Shown: piece by piece, positions 23,001-35,000 of the stretch | Layout: each line of letters begins with the position of its first letter | Position numbering within the stretch: position 1 is the stretch's first letter | Assembly: GCA_035496715.1 (NCBI GenBank) | Contig: DATJEK010000095.1 | Location: forward strand, 264-64,263 | DNA length: 64,000 nucleotides | DNA from: Candidatus Eiseniibacteriota bacterium | GTDB taxonomy: Bacteria > Omnitrophota > Gorgyraeia > 2-02-FULL-51-18 | Direction: 5' to 3' | Translations under genes and position numbers: made by a program | The notes under the pieces: generated by a model | What the model saw: the letters and a program-made list of their open reading frames with translations, nothing else | Told to the model about the DNA's origin: nothing | The model's database searches: none

Positions 23001-26000
23001 TGAGGAGCAGGTGCCCGAGATCGATCCGGAACTCGCCGACGCCCTGGTCGACGAGCTTCTTCATCGCTTCGACGTAGTAGCGCCTGTTTTCGGGATGGAA
23101 CGGGTTGGGAATCGCCTGGTCCGCGCTGTGCGAGCCGAAGAACGCGAAATGTTTCACGAGGATCACGCGCTCGGTCCCGCCCTCGTTCAGGCGGACGGCG
23201 AACCAGGAGGGGTTGTCGGCGAGGAGCCGCTCGATCCGCGAGCGCTTCCCGGCCTCGTCCTGCTTCCTCCAGTCCCCGTTCCAGTCCGCGCCGATCTCGC
23301 GGTAGAACATGCGGCGATAATTGGTCTCGTTGACCGCGCCCGGCGAGAGCCAGGAAATGAAATCCGTGACGAGCGTGACGCCCATCGCGGCGGCGTCGGC
23401 GCCGAGCGCCTTGAAATCGGCCTCGACGTCGCCGTCGGACAGAAGCGGGTTTTTGCGGCGCATGTCGTCGACGGAAAACGGGTTGCCGAACGAATCCCGC
23501 AGCTCGAGGCCCGCCAGATCGGCGCGGTGCGTCTCGTAACCGGAAACCTGCACCGTCGCCTCGCCGTCCCGAAGATAGTGCGTGCCGGCGTCCGGCACGC
23601 GGTGGACCTCGCGGGAGAGCTCGCTCATCCCGAAGAGTCCGCCGTACACGTAGAGCTTCTTCACGCCCTTCTGCCGCAGCGACGGCAGAAGCTCCCTCAA
23701 TTTCTTGAGGCTGTTCCGGTAGACGAGCCGGCCGTCCCTGAGCTCGGCGCCCAGGTCCATGAGGCTCACCGAGAGGACGAGCCGGTCGATCCCCGGCGCG
23801 GCGCGCAGCTCCGAGGCGTCCGGACGCGCGGAAAGCCGGGCGCCGCGGCCGGCCGTTTCGACGTAGCGGTCGATCGAGACCGCCTGCTCCATCCGCCCCC
23901 AGGCCAGGTAGAGCTCCGTGAACGCGACCCCGATCTCGTTCGGTCCGCCGCTCAGCGCCTCGACGTCGCGCTCCACGGCGTCGCGGATCTCGTTCAAGAT
24001 GTTCCGGACGCGGTGCTGCGCGCGCTCTTCGGCCGTCGTCGTCGGGCGCCGCTCGAGAAGCGAGAGGAAAAGCGTCAGAGACTGGGCGAAATTCATCGTG
24101 AGCACGTCCTGAAGGCTGAGCCCCGGGCGGCTCGAAACCGCGTAACCGGCGGCCACCGCCCAGGAGTCGGGCGCCGCGACGCGCCAGGTGTAACGGCCGA
24201 AAATCCTCGCGACTTCCGGCATCGCGAACATCGACCGCAGGCTCTCGCGGCCCGCGTCGAAGGATCGGAAAAGCTCCGCCGAAGCGCCGTCGCGCGTGGC
24301 GCGAAGGTATTCGGCGAAACCGGCCGCGGTTTCGTTCGAGGTCACGGGGAGCTCCGAGGCGTAATCGGAAACGGCCCTTCCCAGGAGCTCCTGGAACCGC
24401 GCGTCCGCGTTCGCGAGCGTCTTGAAGCCGGGATCCGCCAGCAGCTGTTCGCTGAAATAGGACGGCCCCAGCTCGAAATCGGTCTCGTCGGCGGCCAACC
24501 GCGCCCCCGCCAGGTCGTACAACCGGCTCCAGAGGGCGCCGAACGCAGGCTCTTTCGCGGACAAGGGATGCGATTCGATGAGCGTCTGAGAAAAACGGGC
24601 CGGGCCGGCGATACTTCCGGCCAGCCGCGCGATCGCCACCACGAACGGCTCGCTTTTCGCGGTCGCCAGCGCGTTCCGGAACGCCGCCGAGGCCGGATCG
24701 AGATCATAAAAATAGCCGGACAGGAGCGCTGTGAGGGGACCCGTGAAGTCGACGTTGAAATCTTCCGGCTCGTTGTCGTAATACGACGTGACCCGCCGTT
24801 CGTGAACGACGTCGTAGATCAGGCGCGCGAGATCCAGGAACCGGTAACCCGCCAGCCTGCGGCGCGCCGTCTCCTGATTCGCGCCGCCGGCGACGATTTC
24901 CTCCCGCCGCAGGGTCGTGTCCAAATCCCGAAGCGTGACGACGGGCCGCCCGGACTCGTCGAAATCTACGCCGAGATTTCCCAGATGCGGAAAGCGGTGG
25001 AAATAGCCGCCGTCGTGATACGCGCGGAAGGCCCGCCCGATCGCCGCGTACACCGCGGCCGTCTTTTCGTCGTCGAGAGGCTCGCGCGTTCCGCTCTTGA
25101 TGTCGACCCTGGACAAACGCGGCCGGAACCCTTCGGATTCGCCCCCGGCCGTATAAACCGTCAGGCGGCTGTCGGGCCCCTTCATGCCGGCGATGACGAA
25201 ACCCACGCGACCGCCCTCGAACGTCTTGCCTTCGAACGCGCCGACCGCCAGCGGGCGGTCCGAGGCGAATGACGTTCCGCCCGGGACGCGCATCTGATTG
25301 AATTCGATCGTTGCCCGTTCGAGCCGCATGGCGCCGTGCGGCACGGCCAGTCTCGCGCGAACCGTCAAATCGCCGTTCGGATCGATGTCCAGCGGACGTG
25401 CCACGGCGCTGACCCCCGCGTAAGGGGGCACTTCCCCGCCGGGGCCGGCTTTCGGTCGTCCGCCCTTGACGCGAAGAACCCGGATGTCTCCCAGAGGTTT
25501 TTCGAGGTCGATATAAAACGCGCGGCCTTCCGAGGCGGGCGCGTCGGCCTCTTCGGCCTTGACGTAAAGTTTTCCGGGATGAGACGCCAGCAGCGGAAGA
25601 AACCCTTCCTCGCCGGCGGTCAGAGCCTCGCGCAGGAGACCCGCGTCGGCGGCGGAAATCCGGCCGTCGGAGAGGGCCTCGAGGAAATCACGGTCAATCG
25701 TCTCGAGCGAGACGGCGGTCCAGCCGAGCTTTTCCGCCGCGCGGACGTCCTCGACGAATTCGGCCTGGGCCAGCCTGGCGCCGTCCGTGCGCACCGCCCC
25801 GGCCGGCCCCGCGGCCGAAACCGCCTTGACGGTCGGAAGGAGCCCCAGTTGCAGCAGCGATTCCTCGGCCCCCTCGGCCGCGCGGGTCAGATGCAGGTCG
25901 GTCTCCGAGATCAGCGGCGGGTCGTGCTTGAGCATCGTGTCTTCGAGCGTCTTGAGGAACGGGTTCCACAACCGCCGGCCGCCGATCAGGACGATCGGGC

Positions 26001-29000
26001 GCACGCGGATCGTGTTCGTCTGCATGGCGACGACCAGGTCGTAGAGGCGGTTCATCGTGCCGACGCCGCCCGAGAGGACCACCAGGCCCTTCACGTGGAA
26101 CGGGCCCACGATGCGCTGATTGGTGGGGTCTTCGGTGAGAAACACCTGGCTGGGGAAGCGCCGGCGCATGCTTTTCTCCTCCTCCGTCCAGTTGATGTCG
26201 TAGTCCGAACGGAAAAGCGCCAGCTGGACGAGATCCTCGCGGTCGACTTCGCGGGCGGCCTGGAGGACCGTGCGCAGCACGACGCCGCGCGAGAGGACGC
26301 GCACCGGCACGCCCTGCCGGAAGAGCTCCTTCACCAATTTCGTGAGCTCTCCGAGCTCGGGGCTCGAGAGCGCGGGTTTGCCCAGGATCGCCACCGGCGG
26401 GCGCAGGCGATGGAATCTCCGCATCGCGTCCGCCAACTCCGCGTTCTTGGCGTCGATCTTGTCGTCGGACTCGTCTTCCAGGAGCTCCACCTGGCCGTAG
26501 TCGAGCACCTCGGAGAAGATCTCGCTGGGCGCCTCTCCCATCTTGAACTCCTTGATCGAGGGCCACGTGCGGATCCGGTCGACGATGCCCGCGCGCGTCC
26601 AGAACTCCCGCAGGGCGTCCAGGACCGGCTGCCAGAAACCGATGCCCACGAGCGTCAGCGGCAGGTCCAGCCGCCACGACTCGAAGATCTCGTCGAGGGA
26701 ACCGAATCCGCCGGGGAACGCCGCGACCGCGCGCGTCTTCGTGTACAGCGCGAGCTTGCGGAAGGCGAAATGGTAGAAATTGTAGATCCGCTCGACGAAC
26801 GGGATCGAGGGCTCGAAGAAGTTGAGGAGGATCTTGATCCCCTGGGCCTTCAGCGTCTCGTGCACCCATTGCGCGGGCGGAACGCCGTCGCGCTCCTCGG
26901 CGACCCGCATCGCGACGTAGACCCTCACGAGGCGCTGCATCTGGTCCATCGTGGGGAACCAGCCGACCTCTTCACCGGCGCGCTCGGCTTCCCGCGCGGC
27001 GATGTATCCGGCGAGCACGGCGGCCATGACCGACGGTCCGGCGCCGGTGCGCGGGATGATGTTCAGCTTCCACATCTGCCATCCCAGGAAGAACGAGGCG
27101 GTGTAGACCGCGTGGCCCTCGGGGATGCGGGCGCTGCCGAAGACGGCCATGGCCGCGACGAAGTCGCGCTGCGCCTGCACCACCAGACGGCGCTCGGTCG
27201 TGAGGCGCTCGATGACGTCGTCGATCGGCTCGTAGAACATCCGCAGCTGGGCCGACTCGAGCGTCGACGTCAGCTGGCGGTACGTGACCGCGGGGTTTTC
27301 GAGCCAGTTGCGGACGATCTCGGCCGAGGGATCCGTCCGGAGGATGGAGCTGGCGCCGGCATGCGCCGTGAAGGGCACCTCTTCCCGGAACCGGCGGACC
27401 GCCGCGCCGCCCGAGGCGCTGTCGGCGTCCGCGACGTTCACCTGCCCGACGGGGGTCAGGAGGATCGTGAAGATCTCTTTTTGAAGGCGTTTCGCCTCCT
27501 CGCGGTCGACGGGCCCCAGGAGCGGATCTTCGAGCGTGTCGAAGTCGAGGCCCAGCACCGTCAGGCGACCGAAGCGCTTCACGCCGACGCGAATTTCGCG
27601 GCGCACGCGCTTGAGCGCCGTGACGTAATCGCCGGGCGTCCATTCTTCGCCGACGTGGGAGGCGGTCTTGAGGCCCAGCTGTTTGGCGCGGCGAAGGACC
27701 GGAGCCATCACCCAATTGATGTAGCGCGTCTCGTCGCCGACCGACGCGATGCCCACGACGCGCGTGCGCAGTTCCGGGTCCACGCTCTCGAGGCGCTGGA
27801 GCTCGCCCTCGAAGCGGCGGATCTCGTCGAACGCCGCCCGCCTGGCCTCGTACATCAGGATCAGGCGCTCTCGCAGATTCATGTCCGGCGCGCGCCTTTC
27901 GTCCCTCGCGCGCCGTTCTTCGGCCTCCTGCTGGCGGGCGATCTCCTCATACGCCTCGTCGAACTCCTTGCGGACGCTCGCCGGGCCGAGGCCGAACGCC
28001 TCTTTCTCGTCCGCGATGAGCAGTTTCAGGAGGTGCTCGCGCACGGCCGTCGCCGTCGGCAGGGCCGCGTAGCCGGCAAGCGCGCGGGCGCGAGCCTCCG
28101 GATCCGACGCGATCACCTGGAAGTGGTCCTTGCGGAACGATTTCAAGACGCCGACGTCGAATCGGCGGCCGTCGCGGCGCGCCCCCGAGACCGCCGCCAG
28201 CTCGCGCTCGGTCGCGACCGCCGCGCGAACCAGAGGCTCGATGGCTCCGGTGTCGGCTTCGGTGATCTCGAGATGATTCACGCCGTGCCGTTCGTACTGC
28301 TCGACGATCCCGCGGCGGATGAGCTCGTAGCGCAGGTTCGGGCCGCCGTCGGTGACCGCGCGGAGATAGACGTGCGCCGTGTCCTGCGGCGCGGGCCCTT
28401 CGGGCGCGGCGAAAGCGCGCAGTCTCTCGGTGAGCTTCTCCCGGGTGTCCTGGGGTCCGCCGTTCGGGAACCCGACTTTGTCGCCGAACACCCGGTCCGC
28501 GTCCGAAAGCCGGATGGACGAGGGATCGAGCGCCGCCTTCGCCAGAAGCCTCGGGTCGGCCGGCAACGCGGGCCGCGCGATGTCCGGATATTCGTCCGGA
28601 TGAAGCGCCAGATAAACGAGCGCGAAGCGGCGGCGGGCGTCCGTGAACCCCCGGTTGACCGTGCTGTCGAGAAAATACGGCAGGAGGTCCTCGGCTTCGA
28701 TCAGGCCCTCCGAGCGCTCGTGCAGGTTGACCTTGGGAAGACGGTCGACGTAGGCGGTCAGCTCCTCGCGGAAGGCGGGGCTGTTCAGCTCGAGACCGAG
28801 AGCCGCCGCGGCGTCGGTGAGATTCGCGCCGGGATGAGCCGTAAAATAGTCCCGCGCCGCGTCGCCCGCCAAACGGGCCCCCGAAACCGGAGCGCCGGGA
28901 AGATTCCTTCCCAAGAGCGGACGCTCACCCAGGCGCGCGCCGGTCCCCTGCGGCGCCGGAGGAGCGGACGGCTCGCCCAGGAGCCTCGCGAAATGCTCGA

Positions 29001-32000
29001 CCGACAGGTCGACGTGCTCGGTCTTGTTCGCGAAAAGATAGTGGTCCTCGTTCGGATAGAACCGCACGGTGGCCGCGGTGCCGGTGAAGAAGTCGCGCAG
29101 CCATTTGTTGTCTTCGGGCGCGATCACCTGGTCGCGGCCGCTGCCGACGACCATCAGGCGGGCCGAGCGCTCCTTCAGGATCCGCGGCTGGCGGTTCTCC
29201 GACTTGAGGAGACGCCGCATCGCCAGGTAGATCGTCAGCGAACGCAGCGCGCCGATCTCCTCGGTGTTGAAGAGATACTGCAGGTAGTCGCGGTTCTGAT
29301 GCAGCACCTTCCGGAAATTCTGGAACGTGAACGCGACCGGCGCGTTCATCACGACCACGGCCTTCCAGCGCTCGCCGATGCGCCCGTGAGCCAGGCCGCG
29401 CAGGCCGAGATATCCGCCGAAGCTGAACCCGTAGACGCCGATGCGCTCCCCGTCGATCTCCGGATGGCGCTCGAGGAACCGCGTCGCGGTCTCCATGAAG
29501 CCGTTCATCCGTGCGCGGGTGATCAGCGGCTCGGCGCTTTCGCCGTGACGGAGCAGATCGACGCGCAGGACGCCGATGCCCCTGGCGAGAAGTTTCTCCT
29601 CGAGCTCGTCGAAGTAGGGGTTTTCCTTGCGGTTGGTGAACCCGTGATAGATCTGCACGACGGGCACTTTCCGTCCGGGCGCGCGGCCGGCCGGAAGGAA
29701 GAGATAGCCGGCGATCGAGTGGTCGCGATACGGGATGTCGACGCGGGTGATCTCCGGCACCGGCAGATGACGGTTCCGGTAGTCCATCCGGCGCGCGTCG
29801 ATGTACTCCGCGCGCAGCCTCTGCTCGACGGCCGCGTACGCGGGATTGCCCGGCACCATGAACTGGACGGCCGTGTAGAATTCCTTGATCCGCGGCGTCA
29901 CGGCCGGGTCCTTGCCGGCCGCTTCGGCCGCCCACGCGTCGAACCAGGTGGACGCCCAGCCGGTGATCTCGAACTTCCACGAGTCCCGGCGGATCTTGAG
30001 GACCAGCGGGGAATTGAGGGCGATGCGCTCGACCACCCGGCGCGCGGTGGCCGGATCGACGCCGAGGGACTCGGCGTAACGCTGCGCGCCGCCGTAATTG
30101 AAGAAGAGCCACCGGCGCAGCCAACCCCAGCGCGGGATCGGGATCGACGGGTGGCGGAAATACCAGTTGTCGTTGGCCGGCGGCGTCGGCGACAGCGCGC
30201 CGAAGAGCGGCGCGGCGTCCCCTTCCCGCTCGGGCGGCTCGGGAACCGAAGCCAGACGGGCGCCCTTGCGTCCGGCCAGATGCTCCTGCACGGCCTGTAT
30301 CTGGGGATCGGTCGCGCGGATTCCGGAAAAACCCAGCTGCATCTGGATCGAACCGAAGTCGGGATAGAGAAGGGACTGTTCGAGCAATTTCAGCGCCTGC
30401 TCGAATCTCGCGGCGTCCACCGGAAGACCGAGGCGGTTGACGCGCTCGAGGAGAGTCTCCTCCGCCGGGGGTTGAGGGACGGCGGGCGCGGGAACCGTCT
30501 GCGTCGCGGAGGCCCCGGGCAGTCTCTGCAGAATATCGTCCAGATGGGCCTGGCCGGTGACCAGAAGCACTTTCTTGCCGGGGTTTTCTCCCATGAGCCG
30601 GACGACCTTTTCGTACGTCTTGTCGCCCGAGATACGCACGAGATTCGACAGGATCAACCGTTCTTTTTGACGGATGACCTGCGGCGCCTGCGCCTCGAAC
30701 GTTCCGGCGGCGCGCGAGAGCTCATCCGCGTCCCGGCGGTTCCAGACGCGCGCCCAAATCTGCGCGGACTGGCCGCGCGTCGTCCCGCTCTTCTGCGCGT
30801 GCGCGGCGATCAGGTATCCGGCCACCTCCAGGGGAGTCGAATCGGACTCGCGGGCGATCTGCTCGACGATTTCCCAGTCCCCTTCCGAAGCGAGTGGATC
30901 CATTATTTTCACGCCCAAAAGCCGCGCGACCCCGACGACCAGCCCCGCCGTCCTGCCGTCCAGGACCTGCAGAGCGGGATCCTCGGAACCCTCGATCAGA
31001 AACAGCCACGCGCCGGCCGCCGCGTCGGGAACGAACGGGTTGTTCTTGCGCATGATCTGGTCGAGATGGTCCAGCGCCTTGGCGTCCCAATGAAATTCTC
31101 CGACCGCCCGGACGTCCCGGCCCATCATCTTGAAATCCTTGAGCACGGACCGGCCCTGGATCTGCTGAAGCCTGGGGCTCCCGCTGATGTTCGCCGCGTT
31201 GGCCTTCCGGCTGAGTTCAAAGTAACGGTCGATGGTTTCGCGTTTTTGCCGGATCGTGGCGAGACGGGCGCCCAGGCTCCGGACCCACCCCTCGAACCGA
31301 CGGATCCGCCCCTGGTCTTTGGCGACGGGGACGCCTTCATACCGCAGCGAAACGCCGCCCGCCAGCCGCGCGCCCGCCCATTGCCGGGCGAAACCGTATT
31401 GCCGGATCATCTCCTGGCGCACGCGCCGCTGGCGCAGGATCTCCACGCGGACTTCGTGCCTGGAAATTTTTTCGTAATCGAAAACGTCGTGGCGGTCGTC
31501 GCGGAATCCGAGCGTGAGCACGTGATGGATCTTCGCGCCGTAAAGCGTGCCGGCGCCCCATTCCCTCTCCAGCCGCTGGATCGCGAAAACCCTCAGCTCC
31601 GCGCCCACTCCCTGCAACGCGGGCCCGGCGGTGCGGGGCCGGTTCCAGGGCGCGATCTCGATGCCCGAGCGGTCGCGGCCGTCCACCGCGAGGGCCGCGT
31701 ATCCTTCGATCGCCCGGTCCGACCACACGAAATACAGTCCGGACAGGATGGTGTCGTCATTTTCGTCGAGCGCCTGCATGAAGACGTCGATGTCGGCCGC
31801 GTGGACGACGGCGCGTTCGCCCTCGAACCAGTCCGCGAGGCGGTCGCGGGCTTCGGAACGCAGGCGCTCGGGCAGGTCGGAGGCCCGGATCACCGGCAGC
31901 GCCTCCATGACCGGCTCATCCCCTTCGCGGTTCAGGACGTAAATCTGTCCGGATTTTTTGACCTCCGCGGAGAGCCTCGCGCCGGAGAGAAAATTCTCGA

Positions 32001-35000
32001 CGCGGTCCATCACTTCGAGCCGCTCGGATTCCGTGCCGCCGCGGACGACGACCCGGACCGGGCTTCCCTCGTCGGCGCCGAGCGCCAGGAGGTCGAGATG
32101 ATCGAAGCCGTCGGCGAGGATGCCTTCCTTTTCCAATTCGAAACTCACGCCCGGGAATTCGTCCGTCCTCAGCAGCTGCGCCAGCGACACCGACGGGCGC
32201 ATGTGCAGGCCGCCCTTGATCCCGACCGTCACGGTCTTCGAAAACGCCTCCCCGACGGGCCGGCCTTCCTGCGCGAGACGCGCTCCCGGCCCGGCCGAGG
32301 CCCGGGCCTCGGCGAGAATCCGTTCGCGCTCCGTCCGGGTCCAGAAATACCGCGCGTACGCCCGCGCGGCCATCGCGCGCAGCTGCGGATTGAACGCCGC
32401 GGGGTTTTGCGCGATGCGGGCGCGGAACGCCTGATCGAGGCCTGTCAGCGAAGGCGGCGCGCCGAACTCCGGCGCGAGCGCCTCGGCGAGATAGATCGCC
32501 GCGATCTCGTAGATCCCGCCCCGGGCGGCGGCGTAGGTCGTGAGCGTGTAGGCCGGGAAGGGGTTGCGCGTCGGGTCTTCGTCGGCGACCGCCCGCAGGC
32601 GCGCCTCCAGCTCGACCATGGCCATCACCAGCACGCGCCGGCGTCCGGCGTCCGGTTCGGCGGAGAGGCGCGCCAGGAACGGGTTCGCGAAGGGCGCTCC
32701 CGCCTCGTCCCGGTCGCGCAGCGCGGCGCGAACGAGCGGCTCGGCGTCGGGGCCGATCGCGTCGCGGCCCGTGCCGCGCAGTTCGTTCAGCCGGAACCCG
32801 AAACGGAAAAGGTCGAAATGATTCAGCTCCTCGCCGCCGGCCGCCGCCCAGTAAAGCCGGCTCAGCGCTTCCGCGCTCTGCAGCGGGCCGAAGAAAAAGA
32901 GCGAGTTCCACGCGAACGGATCCGCGCGGACCCCCGCCGGAACGGGCGCGCCGCGCTGCGTGAGTCCCCAGAGCTCGCGGTAGAGGTCGACCGTCTTGGC
33001 CTCGTGCGCGGCGATCGTGGGCACGTACTGCCCGCCGGCGATTTCCGTGACGGGTTCGATGATGAAACGGTCCTGCGCGGCCTGCGCGCCGCCGAATAGA
33101 CCGGGCGCGCCGTTCCGGACCGGCGGATCGAGGATACGGTACACGCGCGCGGTGTTCCCGTCGGCCGTCGTCTTTTCGTAGGTGCCGACGACCGGCGCCG
33201 TGATGAGCGGGGGCCTCCCCTGTTGGATGAGCTCGCCCGCCATGCGCAGGATCGGGCGGCCGACGTACAGGCGCTTGGAAAGAAAGAGCGGCGCCAGCGA
33301 TTCGACGAAAGCGCCGTAGAGCCGGTCCGTGTCGACGGGGGTTTCGGCGGCGAGCGCGGCCGGCGGCTGAAAAGAGGGATCGAGAACGCGCGCCAGCGGA
33401 AGCAGGCGTTCCCCGGCGGCGGCGCCCGAAAGCCCGGCCGGCGAGGCGGCGCGCGTCCAAAGCTCGCGGAACACGGGCTCGAATTCCCTGCGATACCAGT
33501 CCGCCGTGTCGAAAAAGGGCGAGGCGGGGTCCTGGCGGAAACCCCGCTGGACGTCATCGAACGCGCGAAGCACCTGCTGGCGCTGGCCGGCGTTCAGGTT
33601 GAAGCGCTTGAAGAGGGCGGCGATCTCGCGGTCCGCGAGATTCCGGGTCGCCAGGAGTCCCGTCAGGGCGGCGTCGCTGACACCCTGACGCCGGGCCTTG
33701 GCGTCGAAATCGCGGACCTGCGCGCGAAGCTTGACCTTCAGCGCGTCGAGCGCCTGCGGCGGGACCCGCCATTCGGCGAGCCGGGCGCCCGCCGGGCGCA
33801 CGCCGACCGGCGGTCCGTCCGTGGGCCTCGGATAGGTGCGGCTGACGATGGAGAGCTCTTCCGCGAACGAATTGTGCACCTCCCGCAGGATGGCGCGGTT
33901 GGCGTGCAGGCGGAGGAACCCGGCGATCTCGCTTTCCGCGCGGCTCCGGGGCGCCTCGTCCTGCCGGTACCACTTGAACGCGTGGAGGAAGGAAAAGTCC
34001 TCGGTCCTCTTGACGCCTTCCGTCATGAACGTGACTTCGGAGCCGGCGTTGAGCTCTTTCCAGTGGTTCGAAAGGTATTCGCGCACGAGAGCCAGCGCGT
34101 CGACCAGGGACCGCTTGGCCAGCCGCGTCTGGGCGTCGGTCGCCTTCGCGTCGAACGCGGAGGCGGCCACCGTCTCCTGGAGCCGCCCGAAGAGCGCCAT
34201 CGTCTCGTCGCGGGAGAGGTCCGAGGCCGTCTTCAATTTCCAAAGCACGCGCACGTACGCGGCGATGATCTGTCCCTTCACCTTGGCGGAAACGGCCGCC
34301 GCGTACGCGTCGCGGAGGATTTCGAGATCCTCGCGCGAGGAGGCGATGTCGCCGAAGAAAAGCGGATAGATGTAGTTCTCGTCGACGAACTCCGTGATCT
34401 CGCGACGGTAGAGGTCCTGGGCCGCGGCGTTTCCGTCGAGATGGGAGTGCGTGAGCTCGAGGCTGCGGACGAATTCCTGCAGGTCCCTGCGGACCTCGGG
34501 CTGCCGCGGCGAATAATTTTCCGGAGCCAGCCTCAGGCGCGCGAAAGCGCCCTTCAGCGCGCGGAACCGTCCATCGAACTCGGATGCGATGTAGAGCTCT
34601 TTGGCGAATTCGGGATACAGGAGCGCTTCCGCCTGTTCGGCGACGGCCTTGCGGAAGCGGACGGGCGCCTCCCGGAGCTCGTCGGGAAGCGCACTCTGCC
34701 GCAGGACGTCCTCGGCGTAGCGGCGCAGCGCGGCGCGGGCGGCGTCTTCGGAAAGGTCGGCCTGCGTTTCGACGCGCTGGCGCAGCGCCGGCAGGCGGCG
34801 CCGCAGCGATTCGATGAAAGACGATTCGGGATTGGAAGCGTCGGCATGGACGTAGAGCCGGAAGGCCGTCAGGCCCCCGCGGATCCCCTCGTCCTGGCGG
34901 GAAACCGTTTCCTGATAGCGCGCCAGCCGCTCGCGGGCCGCCAGAAGGGACCGGTATTCGGGAATGATGCCGAAATTATAGCGCTTGAGGCTCTTGCCGG

